A DNA stretch of 64,000 nucleotides, taken from NCBI GenBank assembly GCA_028826165.1, contig JAPDFW010000088.1:62001-126000 (forward strand), read 5' to 3'. Source of the stretch: Anaeramoeba ignava BMAN (lineage: Eukaryota > Protista > Anaeramoebae). The position numbers and the translations under genes were made by a program. Shown here in pieces: positions 1 through 12,844 of the stretch. The notes under the pieces are model-generated. The model was given only the letters and a program-made list of their open reading frames with translations, searched no databases and was not told the origin of the DNA. The first letter of the stretch is position 1; each line of letters starts with the position of its first letter.

Positions 1-2
1 AA

Positions 3-2207
3 ATGTCTTCATTATTTTTTAAATTTTTATTTTCTCCAATTCAAAAAATATTCAATCAAGTTAATTTTAAATCAATTTTAAATCAATTTTATATCAATTT
101 TAAATCAATTTTAAATCAATTTTATATCAATTTTAAATTAATTTTATATCAAATTTAAATCAATTTTAAATCAATTTTAAATCAATTTTAAATCAATTTT
201 ATATCAATTTTAAATAAATTTAAATTAATTTTATATCAATTTTAAATCAATTTTATATTAATTTTATATCAATTTTATATCAAATTTATATTAATTTTAA
301 ATCAATTTTAAATCAATTTTAAATCAATTTTAAATTAATTTTAAATGAAAATTTAGATTACAAACATTTTATCTTCAATTATCCATAAAATTTTCGATAC
401 TTTACAAATCAAGAAAAATCTACAAAGATTATTAAATTTCATCTTAACAATAATTTCATTTCAAGTGAGAACATTTATAAGAATAACAATAATTGTGATT
501 ATAGCAATTTCATTTTTAGTTACATCAATAATAATATATATAATATTTTATCGAGCATATGTTCCTTATATAAAACTTTCAGCACCAGTTTATTTCCAAT
601 ATTATAACGATAAACCTTATGCAGAACTTGATTTATTTGAAAAATTTTATCAAAAAAAAGATTCAACAGGTTCTGTTCTCAGAAGAGGTCAATCTTATAC
701 TATTAAAAACACTATTATTCTCCCAACTTCTCCTCATAATTTGGATCATGGAATTTTTATGCTTAATGCTTCTTTGCTTTCTTTTGGAAATTCTCTTATT
801 TCTTCTTCAGCAAGACCTGTGAATTAATTTTAATTTTAATATTAATTTTAATTTTAATTTGAATATTAATTTTTTATCCGAATTTGAATTTTAATTTTAA
901 TTTTAATTTTTAATTTTAATTTTAATTTGAATTTTAATTTTAATTTGAATTTTAATTTGAATTTTAATTTTAATTTGAATTTTAATTTTAATTTTAATTT
1001 TAATTTTAATTTTTAATTTTTAATTTTAATTTTAATTTTAATTTTAATTTTAATTTTAATTTTAATTTTAATTTTAATTTTTAATTTTTAATTTTAATTT
1101 TAATTTTTTTAATTTTTTATCCGAATTTTAATTTTAATTTTAATTTTAATTTTAATTTTAATTTTAATTTTAATTTTAATTTTAATTTTAATTTTAATTT
1201 AATTTTAATTTGAATTTTAATTTTAATTTTAATTTTAATTTTAATTTTAATTTTAATTTTAATTTTAATTTTAATTTTAATTTTTTATCCGAATTTGAAT
1301 ATTAATTTGAATTTTAATTTTAATTTTAATTTTAATTTTTTAGTATTTAATGATTTATTCATCTCCTTTTATCCAAAAATTGAAAGTTTTCGTACTTTCT
1401 TTTTTCTATTTAATTGGCTTGAAAAAAGAACAACAAACTTTAGTTGCAATTCTTTATGAAAATTTTATTGAAAATAAAGTTTGTTTTCCTTTTAAAATTT
1501 TTATTAATATGGAAAATTAATCGAAAACAAAATTTTCTTTTAAATTCAATAAATAGAATCAACCTTTATCAAAAATAATATTTGAATTATCAAATTCAAC
1601 AGTTAATATTTATAGTTCTAAAATTGAATTTATAGCGAATTTAAAAGGATTTCGGTAAAAGATTTTAAATTTAAAAATTTGAAAAGTAAAATTAATTTAA
1701 AATGAAATAAAATTCAATTAAATTTAAAACAATTTTAGATATTGGTGTTATCATTGGTTTTTTAGTTCAATGTTTATTGGTGTTATTGTAATATTCTTTG
1801 CTCAATGGTTCTTTCTTATTTTATTGCTTGTTTTTTATAAGATAAAAGTTTATCAAACAAAACTTGATTCACAAGTTACAGAAGTTGATTTTCATTTTAA
1901 CATTCCAAAAAATAATTCAGAAAAAAAAAAGAAAAAGATTAATAATTTTTCCAATTTAAAAAATACGAATCTTGATTTAAATGATAATAATAATAATAAT
2001 CAATTAATAAATACAAATATAAATAGAAATAATTTAAATAATCAATTAATAAATAGAAATAGAAGAAATATAAATGATAATAATAATCAAATATTAAATA
2101 CAAATACAAATACAAATACAAATACAAATACAAATACAAATACAAATACAAATACAAATACAAATACAAATCTTGATTTAAATAATAATAATAACAACAA
2201 TAATTAA
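3..2207 (+). CDS. BSCL2: Seipin (ER lipid-droplet biogenesis protein), 5 exons: 3-59, 357-818, 1344-1478, 1557-1654, 1739-2207
   Basis: The GT-AG joins keep frame. Seipin motifs: TM1 then FYRAYVP..APVYFQY, LRRGQSYTI..LPTSPHNLDHGIFM, SSSARP|YLMIYSS, IYSSKIEFIANLKGFRYWCYHW, then TM2 and an Asn-rich tail. Confidence 0.88.
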
Positions 2208-2509
2208 ATACAAAATACAAATAATTTAAATAATAAATACAAATACTGATTTAAATAATAAATAATTGATTTAAATAATCAAATAATTAATAATCAAATA
2301 ACAAATATTGATTTAAATAATAATAATTAATAAAATTTTTTTGTTTTTAAATTTCCTCTATTTCTTCCTTTTTCTTTCTTTTTTGAATCAAAATATTAAA
2401 TTGAAATGAATAAACCAATTATTTTCTTTGTTTTTCATTTTTTTTAATTGTTTTTGTTTTTTTGTCAAAGAAAGTTAAAAAGAGAATTGAAAAAACTGAA
2501 AAATTAAAT

Positions 2510-5500
2510 CTATTTTTGATAATGAAAAACGATCCAAGAACCTAAAATTGCAACTGAAGAAACAACTAAATTTGGATAAAAACGATTTTGATTTTGATTT
2601 TGATTTTGATTTTTTTTAATTTTAGATTTTTTAATTTTAGATTTTTTAATTTCTTTTGGTTTTTCAATTTCTTTAATTTCTTTAATTTCTTTTAATTTCT
2701 TTAATTTCTTTTGATTTTTGAGTTTCTTTAGTTTCTTTTGGTTTTTGAGTTTCTTTAATTTCTTTAATTTCTTGAATTTCTTTTGGTTTTTCAGTTTCTT
2801 TAATTTCTTGAATTTTTTGAATTTCTTTTGGTTTTTCAGTTTCTTCTTCTGGTTCTTTAATTTTCTTTAAAGTTTCTAGAACTGGTGAAAGTTCTAAATT
2901 TGGATCAATTGATAATGCTTGAGAAAGATATTCTTTTGCTTTATGAATATCTTTTTCAATTCCTTCTCCTAAATAATAAACAATAGATAAATTTTTCATT
3001 GCTTCAGGTTGTTTAAATCTATCACTTGATTCTTGCCAAAATTTAATTGCAAGAGGTAAATTTTTTTTGATTCCATAACCTAAAAATAATTTTAATTTTG
3101 ATTTTGATTTTCATTTTGAATTTGATTTTGATTTTGATTTTGATTTTGAATTTGAATTTTGATTTTGATTTTGAATTTTAATTTTAATTTTAATTTTAAT
3201 TTTAATTTTAATTTTAATTTTAATTTTAATTTTAATTTTGATTTTGATTTGGATTTTGATTTTAATTTTAATTTTAATTTTAATTTTAATTTTGATTTTG
3301 ATTTTGATTTTAATTTTAATTTTGATTTTGAATTTAATTTTGAATTTTTATTTTCAAATTTACCTCCTTCATAGTATAATGCACCTGCATTTATACCTGA
3401 ATATTGATTTCCATTTTCATGTGATTTTTGATAAAATTCAATTGCTTTTGCATAATTTTTTTCACATGAATCACCAAATTGATAAAAATTTCCAACCTTT
3501 ATTTAATAAAATAAATAATAAAATGAAAAATTTAAGATTAAAAAAAATTATCCGATTTCAAAATTTTTTGATAAAATATTTTTAGAAAGGAAAAGAAAGG
3601 AAAAGAAAACAAACCATATATTGAGAATCTGGATTATTTTGTTTAGCAGATTCAATCCACAATTCAAGAGCTTTTTTATGATCAACTGGAATTGGAAAAA
3701 CAGATTGATAAGTATAAAGAGCTGCCATTTTCATAATTCCCGCATAATGTTTCTTTTTTACACTTTTTTGAAGGGATTCATAAGCTCTTGGTATATTTCC
3801 TTGTTTTTCATAAAACATAGAAAGCATATATCTGAATTTTCAATTTAATTATAAATTTTGATATAAATTTAATTATAAATTTAATTATAAATTTAATTAT
3901 AAATTTAATTATAAATATAATTATAAATCTAATTATAAATTTAATTATAAATTTAATTATAAATTTTGTATTATATTTAATTATAAATTTAATTATAAAT
4001 TTAATTATAAATTTAATTATAAATTTAATTATAAATTTAATTATAAATTTAATTATAAATTTAATTATAAATTTTAATTATAAATATAATTATAAATTTA
4101 ATTATAAATTTAATTATATTATAAATTTAATTATAAATTTAATTATAAATTTAATTATAAATCTAATTATAAATATAATTATAAATTTAATTATAAATTT
4201 AATTATAAATTTAATTATAAATTTAATTATAAATTTAATTATAAATTTAATTATAAATTTAATTATAGATCTAATTATAAATCTAATTATTAATTTAATT
4301 ATAAATTTAATTATAAATTTAATTATAAATCTGATTATAAATTCAATTATAAGTTTAATTATAAATTTAATTATAAATTTAATTGTAAATTTAATTATAA
4401 ATCTAATTATAAATATAATTATAAATTTAATTATAAGTTTAATTATAAATTTAATTATAAATTTAATTGTAAATTTAATTATAAATCTAATTATAAATAT
4501 AATTATAAATTTAATTATAAATTTAATTATAAATTTAATTATAAATTTAATTATAAATTTAATTATAAACTAATTATAAATATAATTATAAATTTAATTA
4601 TAAATTTAATTATAAATTTAATTATAAATATAATTATAAATTTAATTATAAATTTAATTATAAATTTAATTATAAATTTAATTATAAATTTAATTATAAA
4701 TTTAATTATAAATTTAATTATAAATTTAATTATAAATTTAATTATAAATTTAATTATAAAATTTAATTATAAATTTAATTATAAATTTAATTATAAATTT
4801 AATTATAGATCTAATTATAGATCTAATTATAAATTTAATTATAAATTTCATTATAAATTTAATTATAAATTTAATTATAAATTTCATTATAAATTTAATT
4901 ATAAATCTAATTATAAATTTAATTATAAATTTAATTATAAATTTCATTATAAATTTAATTATAAATTTCATTATAAATTTAATTATAAATTTTTGATATA
5001 AATTTAATTATAAATATAATTATAAATTTAATTATAAGTTTAATTATAAATTTAATTATAAATTTAATTATAAATTTAATTATAAATTTAATTATAAATT
5101 TAATTATAGATTTAATTATAAATTTAATTATAAATTTAATTATAAATTTAATTATAAATTTCATTATAAATTTAATTATAAATTTAATTATAGATTTAAT
5201 TATAAATTTAATTATAAATATAATTATAAATTTAATTATAAATTTAATTATAAATCTAATTATTAATTTAATTATAAATTTAATTATAAATTTAATTATA
5301 GATTTAATTATAAATTTGATTATAAATTTAATTATAAATCTAATTATAAATTTAATTATAAATTTAATTATAAATTTAATTATAAATTTAATTATAAATT
5401 TAATTATAAATTTTGATATAAATTTAATTATAAATTTAATTATAAATTGATTATAAATTTAATTATAAATATAATTATAAATTTAATTATAAATTTAATT

Positions 5501-6437
5501 ATAAATTTAATTATAAATTGATTATAAATTTAATTATAAAATATAATTATAAATTTAATTATAAATTTAATTATAAATTTAATTATAAATTTAATTATAA
5601 ATTTTTGATATAAATTTAATTATAAATTTAATTATAGATTTAATTATAAATCTAATTATTAATTTAATTATAAATTTAATTATAAATTTAATTATAAATT
5701 TAATTATAGATTTAATTATAAATTTGATTATAAATTTAATTATAAATCTAATTATAAATTTAATTATAAATTTAATTATAAATTTAATTATAAATTTAAT
5801 TATAAATTTAATTATAAATTTAATTATAAATTTTGATATAAATTTAATTATAAATTTAATTATAAATTTAATTATAAATTTGATTATAAACTTAATTATA
5901 AATTTAATTATAAATTTAATTATAAATTTAATTATAAATTTAATTATAAATTTAATTATAAATATAATTATAAATATAATTATAAATTTAATCATAAATT
6001 TAATTATAAATTTAATTATAAATTTAATTATAAATTTAATTATAAATTTAATTATAAATTTAATTATAAATTTAATTATAAATTTAATTATAAATTTAAT
6101 TATAAATTTTGTATTAAGTTTTGTATTAAATTTACTCTGAATTTGCATCCATTTCTCCATTATAATCAGATCTAATTATAAGAGGCCAAATAGCCTCACC
6201 AAGTTTATGAATTTTCACAACAACTTTAGATTGGTCAACAACAGAAAAACTTGATTCTTTTGGAATAACAGAAGCAACCAATTGACCACAAATTACTGGG
6301 TCTTTTCCTTTTAAACCAACTCGAATCCATCCTTCCCCAATTTCAAAACTAATTTGTTTGTTTGTTGTTCCTTTTGGAACTGGGAATTCTATTTCTAAAA
6401 AAGAATTGGTTTGTGTAAATTCATAAATAAATTCCAT
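2510..6437 (-). CDS. CS (p23/NudC-like) domain plus Sel1-like repeat protein with C-terminal tail anchor; exons ~6437-6136, 3831-3615, 3496-3364, 3079-2510 (one apparent frameshift near 2690)
   Basis: Exon 1 reads YEFTQTNSFLEIEFPVPKG..ISFEIGEGWIRVG..GQL..VIPKESSF..KIHK..WP (CS fold). Sel1 repeats include DHKKALELWIESAKQNNPDSQYMVGNFYQFG, NYAKAIEFYQKS and AMKNLSIVYYLGEGIEKDIHKA. The tail is NLVVSSVAILGSWIVFHYQK*. Confidence 0.72.
3832..6135. repeat. 2.3-kb intron filled by 12-bp microsatellite (AATTATAAATTT)n
   Basis: Tandem 12-mer read directly between donor GT (6135) and acceptor CAG (3832) on the minus strand. Confidence 0.93.
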
Positions 6438-6658
6438 TTTGATAAAAAAGAAAAAATGAAAATTTAAATTTTAAAACAATTTTTTTTTTATTTTAGAAAA
6501 GCTGTAAATTCAGACAATGAACAAACAACAAATCTTATTTTTTTTTTGGAACTAAAAAAAAATATAATCAAAAATTTCAAAAAAGAAAAATTTCAAAGAA
6601 AAAAAAAATAATATTTTGCATCAAAAAAAAAAAAAAAAACGGAATTTAAATTGAAAAA

Positions 6659-9301
6659 TTATTTCCGATTTGAACTTCTTTTTTTCTTTTTAGGAATCAT
6701 AATTGGAGGAGCGCGACGAATTGGAACTTGGAAGAATTTCTGAATCATTTCCTGTTCATTTTGATTAGATCTTGAATAAATATGAGGTTGAATAAATTTA
6801 TCTTCAGGAGAACTTGGTGAACCAAGTGCTTTATTTTCAGGTTTTGGATTAATTGTGATTGGAGCACTTATGCCGTATTTGAACTGGAAATTGTTCTCTG
6901 TATCTTCTTCATTTGAATTGATTGGAGGAGATGAACTTATTTTTAAAGGCGAAAGTGACAGTCGATTTCCAATTGATTTTTCACTTGGAATTTTCACTGT
7001 GTTTTCTTCATATCCAAAAAGTGTCGAAAAATCATCTTCGGGATTCGGTTGAGATATCACTGGTTCTTCTGATGGATTCGTTGTTTTCGTACTTGGTTTT
7101 ATTGGTTTTTTTTTTGGATTCCGTTTTTTATGTCGGTTTAATAATGATTTTGAAAAATGATGTGTTGTTTGTTTTGTTATTTGACTCCAAAGTATGTTTC
7201 TTTCGGTTAGAATTTGATTCTCATATTTTTTTAGTTCTTGCTTTAAATTTTTCATTTCTTCTTCTTTTTTTGTGTTTATTTTTTTGCTTTTTTTTTCTTG
7301 ATATTTTTGGATTGCTCGTTCCACTTTTTTATTAATTTTTTCATATTCGATAATGTATTCTTGGTTTTTTGTTGTGTTTTGTGAGATAAGATGTGGATAT
7401 GATGGTATTTTTGAGTTTTGGATTGTTGGTTTTGGTAATCTTATTCCAAAAAGTTGTGAAAATCCTTTTTTTTTCAGAATGAGTTTTGGATTTTTGTTGA
7501 GCTAAGAAAGCAGAAAAAATAATTTTATTAATAATTTTATAATTAATTTTATAAATAATTTTATATATAATTTTATAATAAATTTTATTAATAATTTTAT
7601 AATTAATTTTATAATTAATTTTATAATTAATTTATAAATAATTTTATAAATAATTTTATAAATAATTTTATAAATAATTTTATAAATAATTTTATAAATA
7701 ATTTTATAAATAATTTTATATATAATTTTACAAATAATTTAATAAATAATTTTATAAATAAATTTATTAATAATTTTATTAATAATTTTATAAATAATTT
7801 AATAAAATAATTTTATAAATAATTTTATAAATAATTTTATATATAATTTTACAAATAATTTAATAAATAATTTTATAATTAATTTTATAAATAATTTTAT
7901 AAATAATTTTATAATTAATTTTATAAATAAATTTTATAAATAATTTAATAAATAATTTAATAAATAATTTTTATAAATATTTTTATAAATAATTTTATAA
8001 ATAATTTTATTAATAATTTTATAATTAAATTTTATAAATAATTTTATAAATAATTTTATAAATAATTTAATAAATAATTTTATAAATAAATTTATAAATA
8101 ATTTTATATTTAATTATAATTTAATTTTATAAATAATTTTATAAATAATTTTATAAATAATTTTATAAATAATTTTATAAATAATTTTATAAATAATTTT
8201 ATAAATAATTTTATAAATAATTTTATAAATAATTTTATAAATAATTTTATAAATAATTTTATAAATAATTTTATAAATAATTTTATAAATAATTTTATAA
8301 ATAATTTTATAAATAATTTTATAAATAATTTTATAAATAATTTTATTAATAATTTTATAATTAATTTTATAAATAATTTAATAAATAATTTTATAAATAA
8401 TTTTATAAATAATTTTATAAATAATTTTACAAATAATTTAATAAATAATTTTATTTAATTTTTAATAAAAATTTTATTAATAATTTTATTAATAATTTTA
8501 TTAATAATTTTATAAATAATTTTATAAATAATTTTATAATTAATTTTATAAATAATTTTATAAATTGCTTTAAGTTTTTAAAATAGATTTCAAGTAGCGA
8601 AATGATTTATAAATTTAAATTCAAATCCAAACTGAAAATACGAATTTTTTTATAAAAAAAGTTTTTCATTTGTTTTGTTTTAAATTATTTTATCAAAAAT
8701 ACTTGTTTAGAATCAACAATAAACTCTCCTTTTAGTAAAGGAAAACGAGCAATAATATCTTTTGAACAATTTTTACATCTCATAACACTCCAACCATTTA
8801 CAATTCTCTCATCATATAATAAATGGTATTTCTAATAAAAACAAAATAAATAATTTTATAATAAATTTTATAAATAATTTTATAAATAAATTTTTAAATA
8901 AATTTTTAAATAAAATTTATAAATAATTTTATAAATAATTTTATAAATAATTTTATATATAATTTTATAAATAATTTTATAATAAATTTAATAAATAATT
9001 TTATAAATAATTTTATAATTAATTTTATAAATAATTTAATAAATAATTTTATATTTAATTTTTAATAAATTAAAAGATTAAAAAAATTTTTTTTGGTTTT
9101 TTTTTGTTTTTGAAAAGAAATAGATCATCAAATATAATTAATTCATACAATATCAATCCCTTTGATTTTAACATAAATAGGATTTTTAATACTTGTAGAA
9201 AGAAGCTGACTAAGCAAACTCTTTTCGGATTCTTTTATCTCTTTTAATTCGGTTGAAATAATCTCAATATTAAGGCAATTACAACTAAAATGATAATTCA
9301 T
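6659..9301 (-). CDS. PRAS40/AKT1S1 (Lobe)-like putative TORC1 inhibitor; exons 9301-9149, 8831-8703, 7501-6659
   Basis: The spliced frame is open. It has N-terminal SCNCLN..W..MRCKNC, then FSQLFGIRL, a coiled coil ending ERNILW, TOS-like LFGYEE, YGISAPITIN (cf. PRAS40 YAKSLPVSVP), FIQPH and FFQVPIRR. Confidence 0.55.
7520..8565. repeat. Intronic 12-bp microsatellite (AATTTTATAAAT)n
   Basis: Tandem repeat read directly; lies in intron 8702-7502. Confidence 0.9.
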
Positions 9302-10316
9302 TCTGAAAAAATTAAAAAGAATTAAAATAAAAAATAAAACAAATAATAAAAAAGAAATTAAAAAAGAAATTAAAAAAAAAAGTGAAAAATGAAAAATCAA
9401 TAAAAATTTTTCTTTTTCTTTTAGATCAATTTTTTAATTTTAAATTTTAAATTTATTTTAATTTTTAATTTAAATTTTTAAAAATTTTTGTTTATTTTAT
9501 TTATTTTAAAAAGAAAAATTTTGATCTTAAAAATAAAAATTTTTGTTCTCTTTTTAAATCAGCTTTTTCTTTTAATATTAATTTTTAATTTTGATTTTGA
9601 TTTTAATTTTAATTTTAATTTTAATTTTAATTTATTTTTTTAAAATTTTAATTCATTCTGAAAAATTTAAATTAAAATAAAAATAAAACAATTTTAATTT
9701 TAATTTTTTTTATAAATGAATTTTGAAAAATTTTAAAAATTTGAATTTTAATTTTAAATTAATTTTTAATTTTAAAATTAATTTTAATTTTATTTTTAAT
9801 TTTAATTTTTATTTATTTTTTATTTTTAATTTAAATTTTAATTTTAATTTTTGTTTTAATTTTAATTTGAATTTTAATTTTAATTTTAATTTTAATTTTG
9901 ATTTTAATTTTAATTTTAATTTTAATATTAATTTAAATTTTAATTTTAATTTAAATTTAAATTTTAATTTTAATTTTGATTTTAATTTTAATTTTAATTT
10001 TTAATTTAAATTTTAATTTTAATTTTAATTTTAATTTTAATTTTAATTTTAATTTTAATTTTAAATTTAATTTGAATTTTAATTTTAATTTTGATTTTTA
10101 ATTTTAATTTTAATTTTAATTTTAATTTTAATTTTAATTTTAATTTTAATTTTAATTTTAATTTTAATTTTAATATTAATTTTAAATTTTGAAATGAATT
10201 TTAATTTTAATTTTAATTTTAATTTTAAATTGAATTTTAAATTGAATTCTAAATTGAATTCTAATTTTGAAATGAATTTTATAAATGAATTTTAAATTTT
10301 GTTCTCTTTTTTGAAA

Positions 10317-12533
10317 TTATTGTTGATCAAGATCATTTCTATAAAATTCATCTTCACAAGGACAAGTTCTATATTCAAACGGAATATTTGCTTGAGAACA
10401 ATCACGATGAGGAAGAGGTTCAAGTAAACTAAATCTATTTTCATCAGAAACTTGATTAAAAGGAAAAGTAGATAAATGTCTAAAAGTAGCATATAAATCA
10501 TAAACAGTTAAAATAGGGTTTTCATTTGATTTTAAACTATGTTTGATCTGGGGATATTTTTCGAGCAAATCTTTTGAGACAAGAATAAAAAGAAACGGAA
10601 GACGATTTTCAAGCCTTCCGCCATCATATTCATAATAATGACCCATATGAGAACCATGATCGGAAAAAAATATCAAAACGGAATTTTTGGAAGCTTTTTG
10701 TGAAAATTTAAGAAGATGATTAGAAACGCCTTCATCAACGGTCATAACATTCTCGGCAGAAGATTCATGAGCATCCATAAGAATTGAATAAGCAAATCTT
10801 CCAATATGTTCTTTTTCATAAATTGGGTTGAACATGAATTGCTCAACGTAGTCAAAAACATAGCTGCTAACAAGCTTGCTTCCTATGCATCTTCTGCGCA
10901 GAGAATGCGGCCCGATGAAGTTTGTGTGATATCCTGGTTCGTAATCGGGGTGACAGAACGCAGGAATCACGACGTGATCCAAATTTGTTGTGCTCACATT
11001 TGCTCCCCAAAAAAATTTCAACATAAATTCGCATTCTCCTGGTATCCATGATGTGATATATCCCTTGTCTTCTATGAAATCATTCCAGAAAAGCTTCCCT
11101 GGTATCGCTTCCATGTCGTTTGTTCCTGTAAACATGGGTAATAAATTGAACCGTGTGTTTCTTCCAACCGAAAAATAACGGAAAAATTCAAAAACTGAAA
11201 AATCACTTTCTTCGTCAATTTTCTTTAATGTTTCTAGTAGTTTGGGCATTTTTCTTCGGATGTGACACCGAGAAATGCAATCAATCATTAAAACTTCAAT
11301 GTTGATTGGATAAGCTTCATAATCAAATCTATCATTTTCATCAATTTTTTGATTTTCGTCATCTTCATTAATTTTTTGATTTTCATTAATTTTTCGAAAT
11401 TTATCAAATGTTTCATCCTTTTCAAATTTATCATCAATTAAATCTTTTTCAAATTTATCAAATGTTTCATCTTTTTTAAATTTATCATTAATTGTTTCAT
11501 CATTTTCAAATTTATCAAAATTTTCCAATTCTTTTAAATTGTTTTTATATAATTCCACTCGCTTCTTGATTTGAGACTTTGCTCTTTCAAATGTTGCTTT
11601 ATCAATAGCATGTTGTAGATAATAATTCTCATCCTTCCCACAAAAAGCATCAATAACTTCAGCATCAGAAACATCAACAGGACCTTTATAATAAATCTTA
11701 TCATTATTAAGTGTGTATTTTGATTCACCCGAAACAAAATAATTGTGATCATTCTTGAGATTTTTGTGCATGTGCAAATGCATGAAATTAGGGTTTTTGA
11801 TAAAATAACAACTGTTGGGTGAATCCTTGCATTTATCACAAGAAGTATAAGTTAAGATCCCATTTTCCAATTTGGAAAATTGTTTTTGAGAAGGACATGT
11901 TTGAGATCCGGTAAAGAAATTGAAAAACCTGTCAGGAAATAACGCGATCCAAGGCGTGACTTCTTTGATTTTGCAATCTTCCTCGTTTGATATTCCATAA
12001 CCAAATATACCCTGATGCATGTCCTTTTTAGCTTTGTCGATCTCATTCAAAAGATAAAGATAAAACACAGTCAAAAAAATAACGGAAAAAATTATGACAG
12101 GTTTTTTATGTTTTTTGATCTTTTCAATCAGTTTCAATTTATAAGCTGCATATATTATCACGACAAGAATAAGAACGCAGACAGAAATAAATGCAAATAG
12201 AATTGCAGTGTGACTTCTTGTTAAATTTGTATTTTTGTCTCCACGAAAAAAAGAAACGGTTATAAGTAAGTTTACTGAAAGAAATAAATAAATGATGATC
12301 TTCTTTATTCTTGTTATTACCATCTTTTGTATTAAATAAACAGAAAAAATAAAAAATATTGAACAAAAAATAACAATTTCTATTAAATGATCAAAGTGGT
12401 TTTCAATATAAGCTCCTTGTGATATTACAAGTAATATTATGCTTATTGCATACGCGAATATTGCTGTAATAAATTTGCATGTATTTCCTCTTCTTTTGAT
12501 TACTGGAATATTTTTCACAAAAAACGTTTTCAT
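10317..12533 (-). CDS. DUF229-family alkaline-phosphatase/sulfatase-fold membrane protein, intronless, 738 aa
   Basis: Several N-terminal hydrophobic helices, followed by motifs VLMIDCISR, SVGRNTRFNL, RRCIG, DAHE, IFFSDHG, LENRLPFLFI, LTVYDLYAT and a terminal RDCSQANIP..CPC. Confidence 0.75.
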   Translation of the reverse strand: MKTFFVKNIPVIKRRGNTCKFITAIFAYAISIILLVISQGAYIENHFDHLIEIVIFCSIFFIFSVYLIQKMVITRIKKIIIYLFLSVNLLITVSFFRGDKNTNLTRSHTAILFAFISVCVLILVVIIYAAYKLKLIEKIKKHKKPVIIFSVIFLTVFYLYLLNEIDKAKKDMHQGIFGYGISNEEDCKIKEVTPWIALFPDRFFNFFTGSQTCPSQKQFSKLENGILTYTSCDKCKDSPNSCYFIKNPNFMHLHMHKNLKNDHNYFVSGESKYTLNNDKIYYKGPVDVSDAEVIDAFCGKDENYYLQHAIDKATFERAKSQIKKRVELYKNNLKELENFDKFENDETINDKFKKDETFDKFEKDLIDDKFEKDETFDKFRKINENQKINEDDENQKIDENDRFDYEAYPINIEVLMIDCISRCHIRRKMPKLLETLKKIDEESDFSVFEFFRYFSVGRNTRFNLLPMFTGTNDMEAIPGKLFWNDFIEDKGYITSWIPGECEFMLKFFWGANVSTTNLDHVVIPAFCHPDYEPGYHTNFIGPHSLRRRCIGSKLVSSYVFDYVEQFMFNPIYEKEHIGRFAYSILMDAHESSAENVMTVDEGVSNHLLKFSQKASKNSVLIFFSDHGSHMGHYYEYDGGRLENRLPFLFILVSKDLLEKYPQIKHSLKSNENPILTVYDLYATFRHLSTFPFNQVSDENRFSLLEPLPHRDCSQANIPFEYRTCPCEDEFYRNDLDQQ

Positions 12534-12844
12534 ATTTAAAAAAAAAAAGTAAACAGAAAAAAAAAAAATTTTTTTTTCTTTTAATTTGTCAGAAAAAAAG
12601 TGAAAAATGAAAAATGAAAAATTAAAAAATTAAAATTTAAAATCAAAAAAGTAAATTTTTTTTAATTAAATTCACTTTTCCAAAATAATTTTCCTTATTG
12701 TTTTCATTCCAAAAGAAAAAGAGAACAAAAAGAAAAAAAAACAATTCCTTTTTTGTTTTTGTTTTTGTTTCTTCAAATCTTATTAAAGGAAAATCAAATT
12801 CCATTTTTGTTTTTGTTTTTGTTTTTGTTTTTGAATAAAAAGAA

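Noticed and set aside
3832-6160. ORFs of IKFI/INLI repeats (also ILIL, FNFN, YIYI and KIKI ORFs at 3159, 9723, 31953-35851, 43328-45044, 51519, 53612, 54732, 58182-58560)
   Set aside because: These are stop-free readings of microsatellites in introns or UTRs, or shadows of coding repeats.
10317-12533. Bacterial horizontal transfer inferred from lack of introns and higher GC
   Set aside because: Clearly eukaryotic genes (LKB1, NOT1 exons) show the same interior GC rise.
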